DNA of 64,000 bases, taken from assembly GCF_006345805.1 (NCBI RefSeq), contig NC_043001.1, positions 105,338,001 to 105,402,000 of the forward strand, given 5' to 3'. Of the stretch, positions 26,624 through 40,401 are shown piece by piece. Under the pieces are notes generated by a model, which was given only the letters and a program-made list of their open reading frames with translations, made no database searches and had not been told where the DNA came from. The DNA comes from Octopus sinensis (Eukaryota). The first letter of the stretch is position 1. Every line of letters begins with the position of its first letter. The translations under genes and the position numbers were made by a program.

Positions 26624-28637
26624 ACTATAATATTACTTTATTATATTTTTGTTTACTTTGCTTCATCATTAACCTAATTTAAATGAAATGATAAGCTGGT
26701 CCTGTCCTGATATTATTTTCCTGTTCTTAAAATTATACATTCTGACTCTGATCCCTCGTCCTCTCCCTACTGGACGGTGGGTGCCACAACTCCAGGCCCC
26801 GTTGCGAACACACTTACACACATATATATGCTTATATATATATATATATATATAAGCATATATGTTTGTGTGTGTGTGCGAGTGTGTTCACAACGGGACC
26901 TGGAGTTGTGGCAGCCACCGTCCAGTAGGAAGAGGACTAGGGATCCGCCAACACCAGCACCAACGCCAACACCAGCACCGACAGCACCAGCCCCAAATCC
27001 ACCAGTGACAACATCTCCGGTGGCCTAATCGATAACGGTGGCAGCACCAGCAGCAACAATAGCACCAACAACAGTAGCACCTAGATATTAGATACTTCTG
27101 AGTTATTATACTATGAAGCTAGGAGTTTCTATTATTTTGTCCAAACTCTCTCTCTCTATATATATAAATTGTTTAGTAAACAAAATATGCATCTTTATGG
27201 ACTAGTAATACCTTCATGCGATAAAGACGTCTCAGACAGCATTTTAAAATACGTCTGGTGCCTTTAGGCAACCTCCAGGTTATTCCCACATGACATATAC
27301 AAGCTAAAGCTGGACAATAGAATAAGAGAAAATACGAGTAAATGTGAGTTTCTCTTGCGGAACTTTCGATGTTGGAATACTGGAATGTTCTGCTAGCCTG
27401 GATCCTGGATGATGTGCTAGTGTGGCAATAGCGAAGATTATAATTATTCCTTCATTTCTCTCTGTTTGTCTGTCTGTCTTTTTGTATATATGAATTTTGA
27501 AAGACTACAAGATGAAAAACTATGTGCGATCATGAGATGTGTGGGTGTGATCGAGGAAAATATAGAGATAAAGGACAATGAACAAGAAAGATAGAGCCAA
27601 ATTGATTGAGATACTGGGAATGCTTTGAATAACTAACGTGTAAGCAACTGCACTTGAAGTGGGAAAATAGTTTTAAGTATGTATGCGATGTTTGAATATC
27701 GGTGTTGTTATCTCTGAAATAATGGAGTGTCAAAAGAATGAGATTGTGTAAATATTGTATAATATGCGCCGATAATATAAACTCGTGTTTTTTTTTCTTT
27801 TTATCATTTAGAAAGAATTTTTATATTGTTTGTATTACTCTAGAAAAGATATCATTATATTCGGAAATAGAAAAAAATAATACTAGCTAAATTACATTCT
27901 CCCATTTGAGATGATTCTGAGACAAGATCATAGCATAGAAAAGCAGAATAATTAAATTACATCACAATTGCTTTATTTTCGTGAATATATGTTCAAGATG
28001 TATCATTTCTGTAATGGTATAGATTATTATTATACGAGACAGGTTGGATGTTTATATTTTCCCTGGTGATTTTTGTTGCGCTATCTAGAAAAAGGAAGTC
28101 CATTTTATCCGATCAAATCTTTGCATTATTTCGTTCAGAAATAAGCGCAGTTAAATGAATGTAATTTCATTGGGCTGGAGAATGCAGTGGAAAGGACAGG
28201 AGAAAAATCCATCGAGCATTAATAGTCGGGGAAGATACGCACATTAATGCATCAAATCTTCGATTGTATTGCATGATAATACAATAAAATCTAACAATAC
28301 GTACAGATGCTTACACACACACACGCACGTACACACTCCTACGCACAGATACACAAACACACATATACTCACTCACAAACACACACACATATACTCACAT
28401 ATAGTTATCTATATATCTATATCGATATGAATGCGCATACGTATCTATCTGGGTACTGTATTGTATATATTTTGAGTGAAAGTATGTGAGGGGCAGGTTT
28501 TGAAATCTGATATGGCTATAAAAAAGCTCTACTTACCACCCAGATATATCCCTAGTCGAAACGCCAATCACTTAACTCGCTTCAGTCCATATCAATGGGT
28601 ACACTTTGAACAGTGGTGCATAAACTAATTGTGCATA

Positions 28638-28959
28638 ACTAATTGCTTAATGTCTTTGCAGTAGAAACGCGCAGAGCACAACTTTAAATCCAATAGGAGG
28701 TAATTGACAGGAGAAATAATAATAATAAAAGAAAAAATATACAATTATACTAATCTCCGCATTCATTGCTGCAGTATTTTGTATACACACGGTAAAATAT
28801 GCACAATCTACAGAAGCAAACCCTGGATATCCCCACCGGATAAATTACAGTGGGTTCTGTTTGGCTCAAGTAATTCTAGGTGCTCATTGCAACTTGATGT
28901 CGTTAGCCTTAACCTAGATTATAACTAAATGCTTGGATTGTACCTGTCTGGATATTATA

Positions 28960-28993
<34 letters not shown>

Positions 28994-29501
28994 CAAAACA
29001 AGCAACAAGGATATCCAGAGGTAATGCAGTACGATCGTTTCATGCATCTCCATTTAATTGAACAATGCTATCATTACATCAATTTAAAATGTAGAGAAAT
29101 CTTTAGCTGCACAAAGACATAGAATTTTTATTGAATTAGAACAGAGGGACACATTAGTATAATTATACCTAAAATCTCCAAGAAGTTAAGGAGATAGACA
29201 AAGAATATGTTGTACCTATAACAGTATAGATGTTGCAGTTACGGCTATGTTGTTCTAGGTGTTGCAGCTATGCTGTTGTAGGTACAGCATATTCTTTTTC
29301 TATCTCCTTAACTTCTTGGAGATTTTAGGTATAATTATACTAATGTGTCCCTCTGTTCTAATTCAATTAAATTCTACGTCTGAGCAGCTAAAGATTTCTC
29401 TACATTTTAAATTGATGTAATGATAGCATTGTTCAATTAAATGGAGATGCATGAAACGATCGTACTGCATTACCTCTTGATATCCTTGTTGCTTATGTTG
29501 A

Positions 29502-29598
<97 letters not shown>

Positions 29599-29927
29599 TA
29601 TAATATCCAGACAGGTACAATTCAAGCATTTCGTTATAATCTAGGTTAAGGCTAACGACATCAAGTTGCATTGAGCACCTAGAATTACTTGAGCTAAACA
29701 GAACCCACTGTAATTTATCCGGTAGGAATATCCAGAGATTGCTTTTGTAGATTGTGCATATTTTACCGTGTGTATACAAAATACTGCAGCAATGAATGCG
29801 GAGATTAGTATAACTGTATATTTTTTCTTTTATTATTATTATTATTATTTCTACTGTCAATTACCTCCTATTGGATTTAAATTTGTGCTCTGTGCGTTTC
29901 TACTGCAAAGACGTTAAGCAATTAGTA
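28638..29927. repeat. Long inverted repeat: arms of ~590 and ~660 bp, ~40-bp spacer
   Basis: 28638-29229 is the reverse complement of 29268-29927 with scattered substitutions; each arm contains (TA)n; mirrored ORFs 28704+ and 29363-. Confidence 0.95.
29384..29468 (+). ncRNA. Degenerate hammerhead motif (mirror copy at 29025-29111, minus)
   Basis: GCAG-CUAAAGA-...UGGAGAUGCAU-GAAAC-GAUC-GUA/CUGC; palindromic ACGAUCGU; core G5A. Confidence 0.55.
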
Positions 29928-30480
29928 GATGAGTGTTGGACACGAGCCTCCTTTGGAGCTGGTGAGTTATGCTTCCATTGCTTCGACTGGACTTTAATCT
30001 TAGGATCATTATGATGGACCTATGTTTCATCCTGTGTGAAATTTCTGTCGCAAAACTCCTCCTCGTTTTCTCGGCACATTGCCAAAAGCGCCTGGTCTCA
30101 GCTGACTCGTGTCAGCATCTGGGGAATACATCGTGCAGACAACTTTGGTATGTGCAAATGGTTGTGAATGATTTCTTTCCACAGAACCTACACTTATCTT
30201 CAATTCTTGGGCCAGTTGTTGAATAGTGTTGTGGCGATACTCCAAAATGGCGGTTTCCCCTTTATGGATGGTGTCATCAACAATGGCGGAATATGGTCGT
30301 CCTGGAATAGGAGCAGTTTCCACGGATATCAGACCACATTTGAACTTGTGATGCCAGTGCGCCACTAAGTCGTATCATGGTGCAGCATCGTCACGATAAA
30401 CTTCTTCCATCTCATATCAGACTCTATTGGTATACGACCATTCAAGTATAAGAACCTGATCACTGCTCTGCATTCAACCG
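29928..30480 (-). pseudogene. mariner transposase fragment (HTH and first catalytic Asp region)
   Basis: WHHKFKCG..PGRP; QDET*VHHNDPKIKVQSKQWKH resembles mariner DETWVHHYDPETKQQS; truncated at the large palindrome. Confidence 0.75.
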
Positions 30481-30779
30481 CCTCTCTTATAACACCTTGG
30501 TCCACTTCAGCAGCCATAAAAGACAAACGAATAATAGTGTAAAGCGGTAATTCACAATGTGACGTGTAGAGACGTATGGTTCTACCTGTACAAGATTCGT
30601 TTCCTGTAATAACTGGAAAAGTGTCAGGGGAATTTTAAATCAAATATTGGAACTCCTCTCTGCTGATAACCTTTTTCTTTTCGCCAAAAGTGTACAAGAA
30701 TCTTGGAAGAATTCTGCTTGTCGTTACGTTACCGTACCCTGTTGGTAACGCTTTTATGGGATTAGAGAAAAAGAGAGAG

Positions 30780-30822
<43 letters not shown>

Positions 30823-31609
30823 AGTGGGAGCGAGAAAAAGTGTGAGAGAGAAGCTTCCATGACGTGAGGTAGAAGGAAGGTAATTATAACGCTTTCACAT
30901 GAATCGTTGAAAAGAAAGAGAGGAGAAAGTGAGTGGGGGAGTGGGAGGAGGAGGGAGAGACAGGGGAAAGAGACGATGATGGTAGTGGAGGTGGTAGTGG
31001 TGGAGACGCAAGTGGTGGCATTTAGATAGTGAAAAATGTATTTTTTTTTTAAATAGAGAACGGAGAGAAAGGGGAGGGAGAAGTGGAGGGGGAGATGATG
31101 ATGGTGGTGGTAGTGGTGGTGGTGGAGATGGTGGTGGTGGTTGATTTGGCTGTGGCGCGGGGATAGTGAAAGGTGTATCGTTTTTAAAAATTGATCTAAG
31201 TTCTTATATCACCAATCACTTAACGCATGCGCGTAAGTGCAATTCTGTGAAATAGTCACGCTTACTTACGTGGCAGTTATATGCAATTTAACTAAAGCTT
31301 GTATCACATGTACAGCGTATTTGTCTTTTGGTTTATGGGAAACTGAAAAAAATAAAAGTGAATTTATTAAGTCTATAATATTGTGCATAAAGTATATAAA
31401 ATACATTAAGCAATGGTCGTATTCCGATTTCTTTCATGTTCCAATGAGTAGCTGATGAGAGACAAACACAACACTGGCTACCTTTCAGGATAACGTTTAC
31501 AGAGAAGCGTTCAGAAGGTTTTTTTGGATAAAGTTTACAGAAATAACCCAATAGGTTCGTTATTGATTCTGTGAAATAATCACAGGTTAGGATCAACATC
31601 GCAAGTATG

Positions 31610-32710
31610 AAAACAAGATCTGGAATCAAAGTGCCTTAAATTTAACTCAGCAAAGGCTGAAGTTCTTAGTAGCAACAAACGGGACGACACACTAATGCCT
31701 TCGAGTAAATTTATCTGTTACACACATAGATGTAGGTAGACATTACATACTGTGTGCTCAGTGCGATCTATGGGTATATAAAATGAGCAGTGGAACCATA
31801 GGAAGGTTAACAGAGAAGGCAGAGTTTGCTTGCGGCAGATGTACAGGAGAAATATATGAGAGCATACGGAAAGCAGATGTGATGACAGAACCAGTTAGCT
31901 ACCTAGAAGCAGCAGATAAATTCTGATATATACCTGACCTAATTAACTGTGGAGGATGATGCTCCGAAAATATAATTACTAGAATACGAATTGACAGGAG
32001 AGAGTTCAGAGATCTTTAACTTTTATTGGTAAGGAGAAATCTCTCTCCCAGGAGGAAAGGCAGATTGCATGATGTCCATGTGCGAACATGAATGCTGTAT
32101 GGCTGTGAAACTTTGTGGTGAAAGTAGATGATAGCCAAGGCGGCGAGTTGGTAGAACTGTTAGCACACCGGGCGAAATGCTTTGAGGTATTTCGTCTGCC
32201 GCTACGTTCTGAGTTCAAATTCCGCCGAGGTCGACTTTGCCTTTCGTCCTTTCGAGGTCGATTAAATAAGTACCAGTTACGCACTGGTGTCGATATAATC
32301 GACTTAGTCCGTTTGTCTGTCCTTGTTTGTTCCCTCTATATTTATCCCCCTTGTGGGTAGTAAAGGAATAGGTAGATGATAGGCAAAGTCTTGAAAGACA
32401 TGAAACAAGTAAGGTAGATTGATGTGCAAAGTCAGTGTGACTGTACATCAAACCGCATAGAGAAAAATCCTGGGCATAATAAGCATCAGATGTAGTGAGC
32501 AGGAGAGATGGTTGCACTGATATGGTCATATGTTGTAGATGGATAGAGACAACTGTATGATGTACCAATCACTGAATAGCGGAGAAGCATGTGGAATATA
32601 CAGACCCGGGATGCTGTGGGACGAAATGGTGAAGTAGGACAGCCAGATGTTGATTCTATCAGAGAAACTGAGGGACGTTTGAGATGAATGGTGTTATTCT
32701 GTGGCTCGGA
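31610..32710 (+). pseudogene. RTE-clade LINE 3' fragment, interrupted by a SINE
   Basis: LESKCLKFNSAKAEVL, GRLTEKAEFACGRCTG, LEAADKF*YIPDLINCGG*CSENIITRIRI match RTE C-terminal motifs; SINE inserted at 32138-32373. Confidence 0.75.
32138..32373 (+). mobile_element. SINE family A, inserted in the RTE fragment
   Basis: Full head, core and tail as at 1569-1805. Confidence 0.88.
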
Positions 32711-33269
32711 AAACGTTTTCATCTCAGCAATATTGATGTCCTGTCTGATCTTCCACAAAAGCTCGTCTTCTGAGACCTATTTATCTAACGATCCAATATG
32801 TTACCCTATTTTCTTTCCTTCTGTCTACACTGAACTGATATCATCTGCGTCCAACTCATTCCCTATCATGTCTCACACTGTTTTCACTCATTGCACTTAC
32901 CTACACATCTAACGTTTCTGCTTTTCAGTTCTATTCTGTCTCATATTCACGTTACATCTGGATCTCACTTCATTTTCTCTACCACACTTTTCTAGTCAGT
33001 AAGCCATGTATTCACCACTTCAGCATGGCAGCTACTTTTTGCTGCAAGTGTAAATCCATGGTACGCAGAATTGCCGGTTTTGATGAATGGGTAATCGAGT
33101 GGCATACTATGTTGGAGTATGTGGTGAAGTATTTGACTGGCAGCAGTTTAAAGAAAGATAACAGCTGCGGTAGATATCTACACAATCACTGAACGTTGAC
33201 TTTTACGTCGACATAGAAATCTAAAACTGCAACGGACAATGAGTGAAGTACATCAGGAGCCAGTAAGAG

Positions 33270-33411
33270 AATGCATGCATATATATATACGTTTGTGTGT
33301 GTGTCTTCCCTTTGTGTGTTCGTACGTGTGTGTATGTGTGAGGGGGTGTCTCCATGTACTTTTAAATGTATTGACAAGTGTGTATATCCGTATATGTATG
33401 TATATGTATAT

Positions 33412-33458
<47 letters not shown>

Positions 33459-33842
33459 CATACATACATATATACATGTATGTGCGTATGTTATATGTGT
33501 GTGTACACACACATAAGTATACATATATATATATATATATATGTCTATATATATGAATGTGTATTTATATGAATACATATATACAGGTATGTGCGCATGT
33601 TATATGTGTGTACACACACATATGTACATATATATGTGTGTATATATATATATATATATACTATATGTATATGCGTATGTATGTATATGCATATGTATAT
33701 ATATATGTGTGTGTGTGTGTCTATATATATGAACGTGTATTTATATGAATACATGCATACATACATACATACATACATACATACATACATACATACATAC
33801 ATACATACATACATACGCACACATGTATATATATATATATAC
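33270..33842 (+). repeat. Compound (TA)/(TG)/(TACA)n low-complexity tract
   Basis: Direct inspection; source of many spurious ORFs. Confidence 0.95.
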
Positions 33843-34837
33843 TAATATACACGAATGAGATGATGTAACATTTTCCCTTCAGACGGTAAACACGTTACAT
33901 TTACAGCTAGAACATTTTAGCGAACATTTTAGAGAAAATCACTTTCTCGTTGTAACGAAATGTAATATAAAACATAAAAACTCTTCTAAAATGCATTTCT
34001 GTTTTCACTTTTCCTTTTTTTGTTTGTTCGTATTATCTCTCTTTGAAGTAGACATACTGGAATTAAACTTCACAGTTTCAGCTATTGTCGTTATTCTTCA
34101 TTGATAATGTTTAAAGCTGTATAGCTGTAAGTGCTTGTTTTCCATATGTCAATGTTTTGTAATTTTGGTTTCTTCACGAATGATCTGGGAACCATTGTTG
34201 CAGATAGCGATAACATGAACAACGTGAAAACATACACTACGACCACAAAAATTATTTCAATGGAGCATATGAAGAGATACCGCTACGTTGAAATTTCTCT
34301 TAGAGTGGAAACTAGGCAATCGTTATTTTATTCGCCGAACATTGTTACAAAACTACACCTGAAAGTCAAAGATATTAGTGAATAAGACTCGGAAAATAAG
34401 AACTGAAAACAGAAAATGATCAAAATGGCAAGTGACTTGAAAATGATAACATATGATGTTATATATAATGCCGGCATTAACAAAAGAGCAGTTCTTTTAC
34501 AGAAACTCATACATCTAGATATAAAAATACAGGAAACTACGCATTGAATAAGTTGAATATATCAGGAACCGTAAGGCAAAACAATGTTCTAACGCAAGCC
34601 TCGCGTTTCTGCGTTCGGTTTTGCTGATATGGCTACAATAAACGGGAAGTAAAATAATGATAATGTTGTATCATAAATTAGCAACACGTTCACTAGTTTT
34701 GCTTCAGGTTTATTGTCGATTTGATCGATTCGCAACATATTCTATTATTGACAATTGTAACCAACATGAGATTTAAAATCAAAACGGTAAAAAAATAACG
34801 TAAGTTTTCATCGTTCCCCCGTCCAATAATAATAATA

Positions 34838-34887
<50 letters not shown>

Positions 34888-34888
<1 letters not shown>

Positions 34889-34980
34889 GAGAGATATGAC
34901 AGGTTAGCTTGGGAAGTTAAGCAGTTGTGGTCGATGAAAAAGGTAGTAGTAGTACCAATAATTGTCGGAGCCCTGGGAAA
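34888..34980 (+). pseudogene. C-terminal restriction-like endonuclease region of an R4/Dong-like LINE
   Basis: Reads ERYDRLAWEVKQLWSMKKVVVVPIIVGALG; abuts an (AAT)n tract. Confidence 0.7.
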
Positions 34981-36188
34981 AAATAGAATTAATATTTTTT
35001 TGATTTTGTTCAGCTCTATAAATTTAGCTGTATCCATCCTGCAAGGTCATAATTTGTTTATCTTGATATGATGCATGTGCCTAGTGTAACCTTATCAGAC
35101 GAATTACTCGTGGTATATATATTGGGTCTCGTCACTTTGATGACATGCACTTCTCTCTCATTCTATGAAAATAGCAGCAAAAGTTAATCTTTATCCAACG
35201 TAATATGTATGTTCTGTTAGTACACCGTATACGGCGGTAATATCCTAGAGGTGCCTGGGGCAAAAAAGCACACATTTAAAATTGTCTGTCGTTGGCACCG
35301 GAACACAGAGTTCACTTGATTTTATTCTCTTGCAAATCATCAATGGAGAGCTTCCGGTCACCGCATGATAATCAAATGTCGATGGCTTATTATTTATTAG
35401 CGACGTAAGCAGTATTAATAACAAAAGGTAAAAATAATAACGAAAATAGAGAAAAGTAGAGATTAAAAGTGTCATTTTTACATTTCCTTTGTATTTGTCT
35501 ATATGCTGCAGTATTGATTCGAAAATATATCTCTCCGTGAATCTTTATAAGAAATTCCTTTCTAATCACATGTTTATATTTAATTTTTTTGGTCGACATT
35601 TATTTTCTATCGAAAGTTATTTTTTTATTTTAATTTTTTCAATTTCAATTTTTTCAATTTCAATTTTTGATTATGTCATCAGTATGATATTCACTGATTC
35701 TTGAATAATTAAACAAAGATTTCGGAAAAAAGTTAATTCCTAAGTAGTGCATAGTAGTTTTCAAGAATTCAGGCTCAACATACAACAAAATAAGCTGATT
35801 TTTCTAACGAAAAATATTCCAAGACTAGCCAGAGAAATATAATTCACAAAATTTTACCTCTGACTCCAAACGTGGACATGTAGAAATCAGAAATAACATT
35901 ACTCAGTAGGAAACATAACAGAGAAATCGATAAGAAAGGAAATATCCCTTAGGTTACAAAAATTCTGCTAGCAAAATTAGTGTTTGCAATTATGACTGAT
36001 TCACTCTATCTTACAGAATAGTTAGTTACTTTTCCATTTCTAACACGCCACAAATTAACGTCGTCAACGCAACTATAACTTCCCTTGATAGTAAAGGAAA
36101 ATAAAGAGGAACAACATCATATTCTAGACAAATCGTTCCTTTCTACAAGATAAAACGTACATTACAAATCACATACAATCGATATATA

Positions 36189-36915
36189 CGAGAGGGTACC
36201 CAAAAGAAACGGTTATTTTATTCACTTAGTTTTACTTGCTTACCCATTTATAGCCTTCAAAGTATTCTCCATCAGAAGCAATGCATCAGTCCAGCTGCGT
36301 TTTCCACTGTTCGAACTCTTGTAAAGTGATGCCTTTTCCCGCCCCCGTCGTGTTATTCTCCACATCTGCAAAACGTTTTCCTTTAAGGACTCGTTTCATT
36401 CGGGGAAACAAAACAAAAGTTGCAGGGAACAAGATCGGGCTAATAGGAAGGTTGGCTAGGTCAAGTCATGCCATTTTTGGCAAAAACTCTCTCACACACA
36501 CAGCGGTGTGTGCAGGCACACTGTCATGATGAAAGCACAATTCTCCACTTTGCCAAAGGTCTGAGCCTTTTTCTCTCACCGCGTCTCGCAAGCGCTCCAG
36601 AACTGCCAAGTAAAATGTCTGGTTCGTAGTTTCACCAGGAGGAAAAAATTCTGTGTGGACAAATCCTTTCGCATCGATGAAACAAATCAACATCATCTTG
36701 ACATTGAAATTCACTTGAAGCACTTTTGGGGGAATGATGACATTCAGTGCTTCTATTTGCTTGATCGTTGATTCCATTCCTCTTTGTAGCCGTAGCATCA
36801 GCTTTCCTCCCCTGGGAGGACTTTCAGAAGAAAGCTTCGGATCAACTTCCAACTGTTCTTTCAGTTCACGACACGCATTCAGTCTCGCACAGATTTTTCC
36901 CATCTACCAGTGCTA
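36189..36915 (-). pseudogene. mariner transposase 3' fragment with terminal repeat end
   Basis: MMLICFIDAKGFVHTEF..NQTFYLAVLERLRDAVREK..HHDSVPAHTA; C-terminal GEYFEG at 36254-36270; TA|CGAGAGG end near 36189. Confidence 0.85.
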
Positions 36916-37352
36916 AGAAACACTTTTGTACAAGAACTTTTAAATAAAGAAAATTTATTTATCGAAAAATACAGAACACGCATAAGTATGAGCGCATAAC
37001 CAACTTTGGCCTTAGTATGTATTTTAATTCAGGTTCACATAACCATGACTATAAATACTCCATTTCACCACTGTAGCTTTTGAGTTTTTGTATATTTTTT
37101 ATCCCCTCCCCAAAATATAAACAATTACCTCCCCTGTGCAAATAATAACGAGTACCAATTACATCCTCTTGGATGGTTCTATTTGTTCACTCGTTTTATT
37201 CACAAATTCCCATACACAACGTGGACTAAAATCTTCTTAAGAAAATACGAAATTATATTGACATGATTAGTGAAACTGAAACCGGTCGACAAACACGATA
37301 CTCTTTCACTTATAAAATTTTCTTTTTTTATCATTATCATAATATATATATA

Positions 37353-37395
<43 letters not shown>

Positions 37396-37607
37396 TTATG
37401 AGAGGTAATAGTGTCAAGAAAACCCAAAGGTGTCCGGTAATGCTGAGTAAGTGCTATGGACAGAGTACAGTTAAGCTCCATGTTCGGTTATTATGCGAAT
37501 GAGGAGTCCAACGTAGGTCATTATCATCATGCGCATATATTAAAACATTAACAGTATGAGATAAAAATCCAAGGCTGTGAAAAATTTCAGAACATTTATA
37601 AAGGGGA

Positions 37608-37657
37608 CGTCTTACAGCTGTTTCTGGGATATTTTATATATCCCTTCATCGGAGACG
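37608..37657 (-). ncRNA. Minimal type-I hammerhead ribozyme motif (PLE-type)
   Basis: CGUCU-CCGAUGA-A-GGGAUAU-auaaa-AUAUCCC-A-GAAAC-AGCU-GUA/AGACG: 5-bp stem I, 7-bp stem II, palindromic ACAGCUGU stem III; core has a U4C change. Confidence 0.75.
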
Positions 37658-38288
37658 AATTAGCTTTCTCATAATTAGTATTTAGGCAGAACGTTACATA
37701 TGCTAGGGCCCCAATAATTACAGGTATGTATTTATGTAAGTATAGGCACATATATAACTGGTATCCTTATATTTCAAATAATATCATATGTGTGTTACAT
37801 TTGGGTCTGGCCCTGAGTTTCCACCACCAAAATAAAGAACTCGGTGTCTTTCTCGCCAGAACAATATTAAAAAAAAGCATTGAACTGATAAAAAGAAATC
37901 TTACATTCACGTACATATTTTATAACAATATTTGGAAATATTTTCATGTAGCGCAATCTCTTGGTTTACAGCTCTTTGCACTTGGTGAGCTCTATTTTAT
38001 GAGTGAATCATATTTCGAAACAAAAAAAAATAAAGAATTTAATAGAAATGTTTACGCAAAAAAATATTGTAACAAAAAGTAAAGAGCCATATAAACTTTG
38101 AAACACATTTAACGGATATTGACTTATCAGGGCCAATCCGTACTTGTTCAACTACAAGTGTCGAATGAACAGTAATTCTTCCGTTGAATAAGATTGGTAT
38201 TTTATTTTATTGGTTCATCTCGTTATAGAGCTTTGCATTTTGTTATTGATTTGAGTGGTTTTAGTATTTAATCAGTGTAAGTCGACAA

Positions 38289-38725
38289 GAGGGGAGAATC
38301 CTTACCGCGCCGGGCAAAATGCTTAGCGGTACTTCGTCTGTCGTTACGTTCTGAGTTCAAATTCGACCGAGATTGATTTTTTTGTCTTTCATCCTTTCAA
38401 AGTCGATAAAATAAGTACCAATTGTGTACTGGGGTCGATGTAATCCGGTTACCCCGTCACTCGAAATTGCTGACCTTGTACTAAAATTTGAAACCACGTT
38501 TAAGTCAGTGCTGTGAAGGCGAGCTGGGAAAATCGCTTACATGACGGGAAAATGATTAGCGGCATGGCGTCTCTCTCGACGTTCTAAGTTCAAATTCTGC
38601 TTCGGTTGACATTGTCTTTCATCCTCTTCGTGTCGACAAAACAAATACCAGTTAAACATTACGGTCGATGTAATCGACCTACTCTATCTTCTAAAATTGC
38701 TGGCCTTGTGCCAAATTTGAAGCTA
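38289..38725 (+). mobile_element. Two tandem SINE family A copies
   Basis: Two B boxes (AGTTCAAATTC) and two Meta-like cores, 38289-38497 and 38517-38725. Confidence 0.78.
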
Positions 38726-39803
38726 ATATTTACTTAGTGATGAATAATAGTCCGAAGATTAAATCGTTCAAATATCGATCACATTTCATGCAGTTTTCAT
38801 TTCTGAAATCTGTGCTTAATATCGGTTCAAATATACCTTTCGAATATGTCAAAAATATTGCTGTTGTTGGTGTTAGTCATGATCTTGATGCTGCTTATAT
38901 TCTGATTTCAATAACATAGTATCGATCTCCTAGTTTTGGCGCAGAAACAGAAAACTGCAGGAAAAACAAACCAGTCACATGCTTTGAACTGGTAAAAAGT
39001 GTGAATTAGGATACCCTGCTCACAATTTATTATGTGATCTTATTTGCCAGTTTAGTAAAGAACAGAGAAACAAATAGACATAATAAAATAGAAATTCATG
39101 TTTTCTTTTCATTCTGTAGTTTACTTTGTATCATCTCGCATGGTTCCGCCTTTACACAATTACATTTTTTAAAGTAATACCTCACAATGCTTCACCAAAT
39201 CTACCCCATACCTATGTTTATTGGTACTGGGCCAATACATCAAAAGTGACAGGGAAAGCGGGTGGTACAATCTCATCGCATTTTGTTTGCATAAACAACA
39301 GGGTAACTATAAGGGAGTACAAACAAACAGCAGATAGCACCATTAGGAACTAAATGATGAAATTATGGCTGTTAAGGGTCCAAATTGTAAAAGATATAGC
39401 CATTAATACGCCAGAGAAAAGTTAATAAGTACAATAGATAAAACAAACAGAATCATTTCAGCTGTGATCAACAACACACTACAAGATGTCATCAAGCGCA
39501 ACAAGTACGCAGAATCAATCAAAATAACTACAATAACAAACAAAGCAGAACAGAAACAACGAGATCAACAATAGCTGTAACTAAGGCAAATTTCAGGTGT
39601 TTCAATGAAATACATGTTTATCGAATGTCATATGACTTTGAGTTGTGTTAATAGTCAATAGCAGTGTTGGGGTTTCACTGATCTTTCAAGTGCTTTTAAC
39701 TACCAAATCGACTCCAATTATTTATTTCTTTATAGCTTCAGGAAAAAAATACGACATCAATTTTATGGATGTGCTACGTATAAAAACGCTATATATATAT
39801 ATA

Positions 39804-40180
39804 CTAGCAGTATCGCCCGGCGTCGCTCGGGTTTCTTTCTACCCTTTAGAATTGGAATTTTGGAAAAGTAAAACTTGCATTATGTAGCTTGTTATTCTCT
39901 TTAAGTGAACATTTTTCTGGTTGAAATACACCGAAAAATGGCGACACAGCAGTCAAAAAATCGTACAAAATAGGGATTTTCATAGAAAAAAAAGCACCTT
40001 TTTGATGTAAATAATTTTTATCTTAACATGGTCTGATTTGAATTTTATCTTCTACGAAATAAAGAGAAGCCTTGTGCTATCATACTCTTAATTTTGGTCA
40101 ACTTGCGCGGCAGGCTCTCGGAGGAGATAGTGTTAGTTGAAGGCTACCAAACCTGCCATACACAGACAACTTCAGCAGTA
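39804..40180 (-). mobile_element. Non-autonomous Helitron (~380 bp)
   Basis: Plus strand A|CTAGCAGTATCGCCCGGCGTCGCTCGGG closely matches the 3' end of the autonomous copy at 46969; other end runs into (TA)n, so the boundary is approximate. Confidence 0.75.
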
Positions 40181-40182
40181 TA

Positions 40183-40234
<52 letters not shown>

Positions 40235-40401
40235 CAGAATTTACAAAAAACACAAAATACGAAGACGGGTGTATAAACAACATGCATACTGCGGCCATAC
40301 TGGAACACCACTTTTATTCGAACAACTCGTATTGCTGTTGTTGTAATGGTCATCGTCGTTGATGGAGATCTCCCATTGTTTTAGATTCTAAGAGTTGTCC
40401 A

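Noticed and set aside
28704-29860. Duplicated gene pair (74-aa and 165-aa ORFs)
   Set aside because: The similarity is explained by the DNA palindrome; no recognisable domain
31448-31482. GTAG-CTGATGA...CTAC hammerhead candidate
   Set aside because: No stem II and no GAAA box
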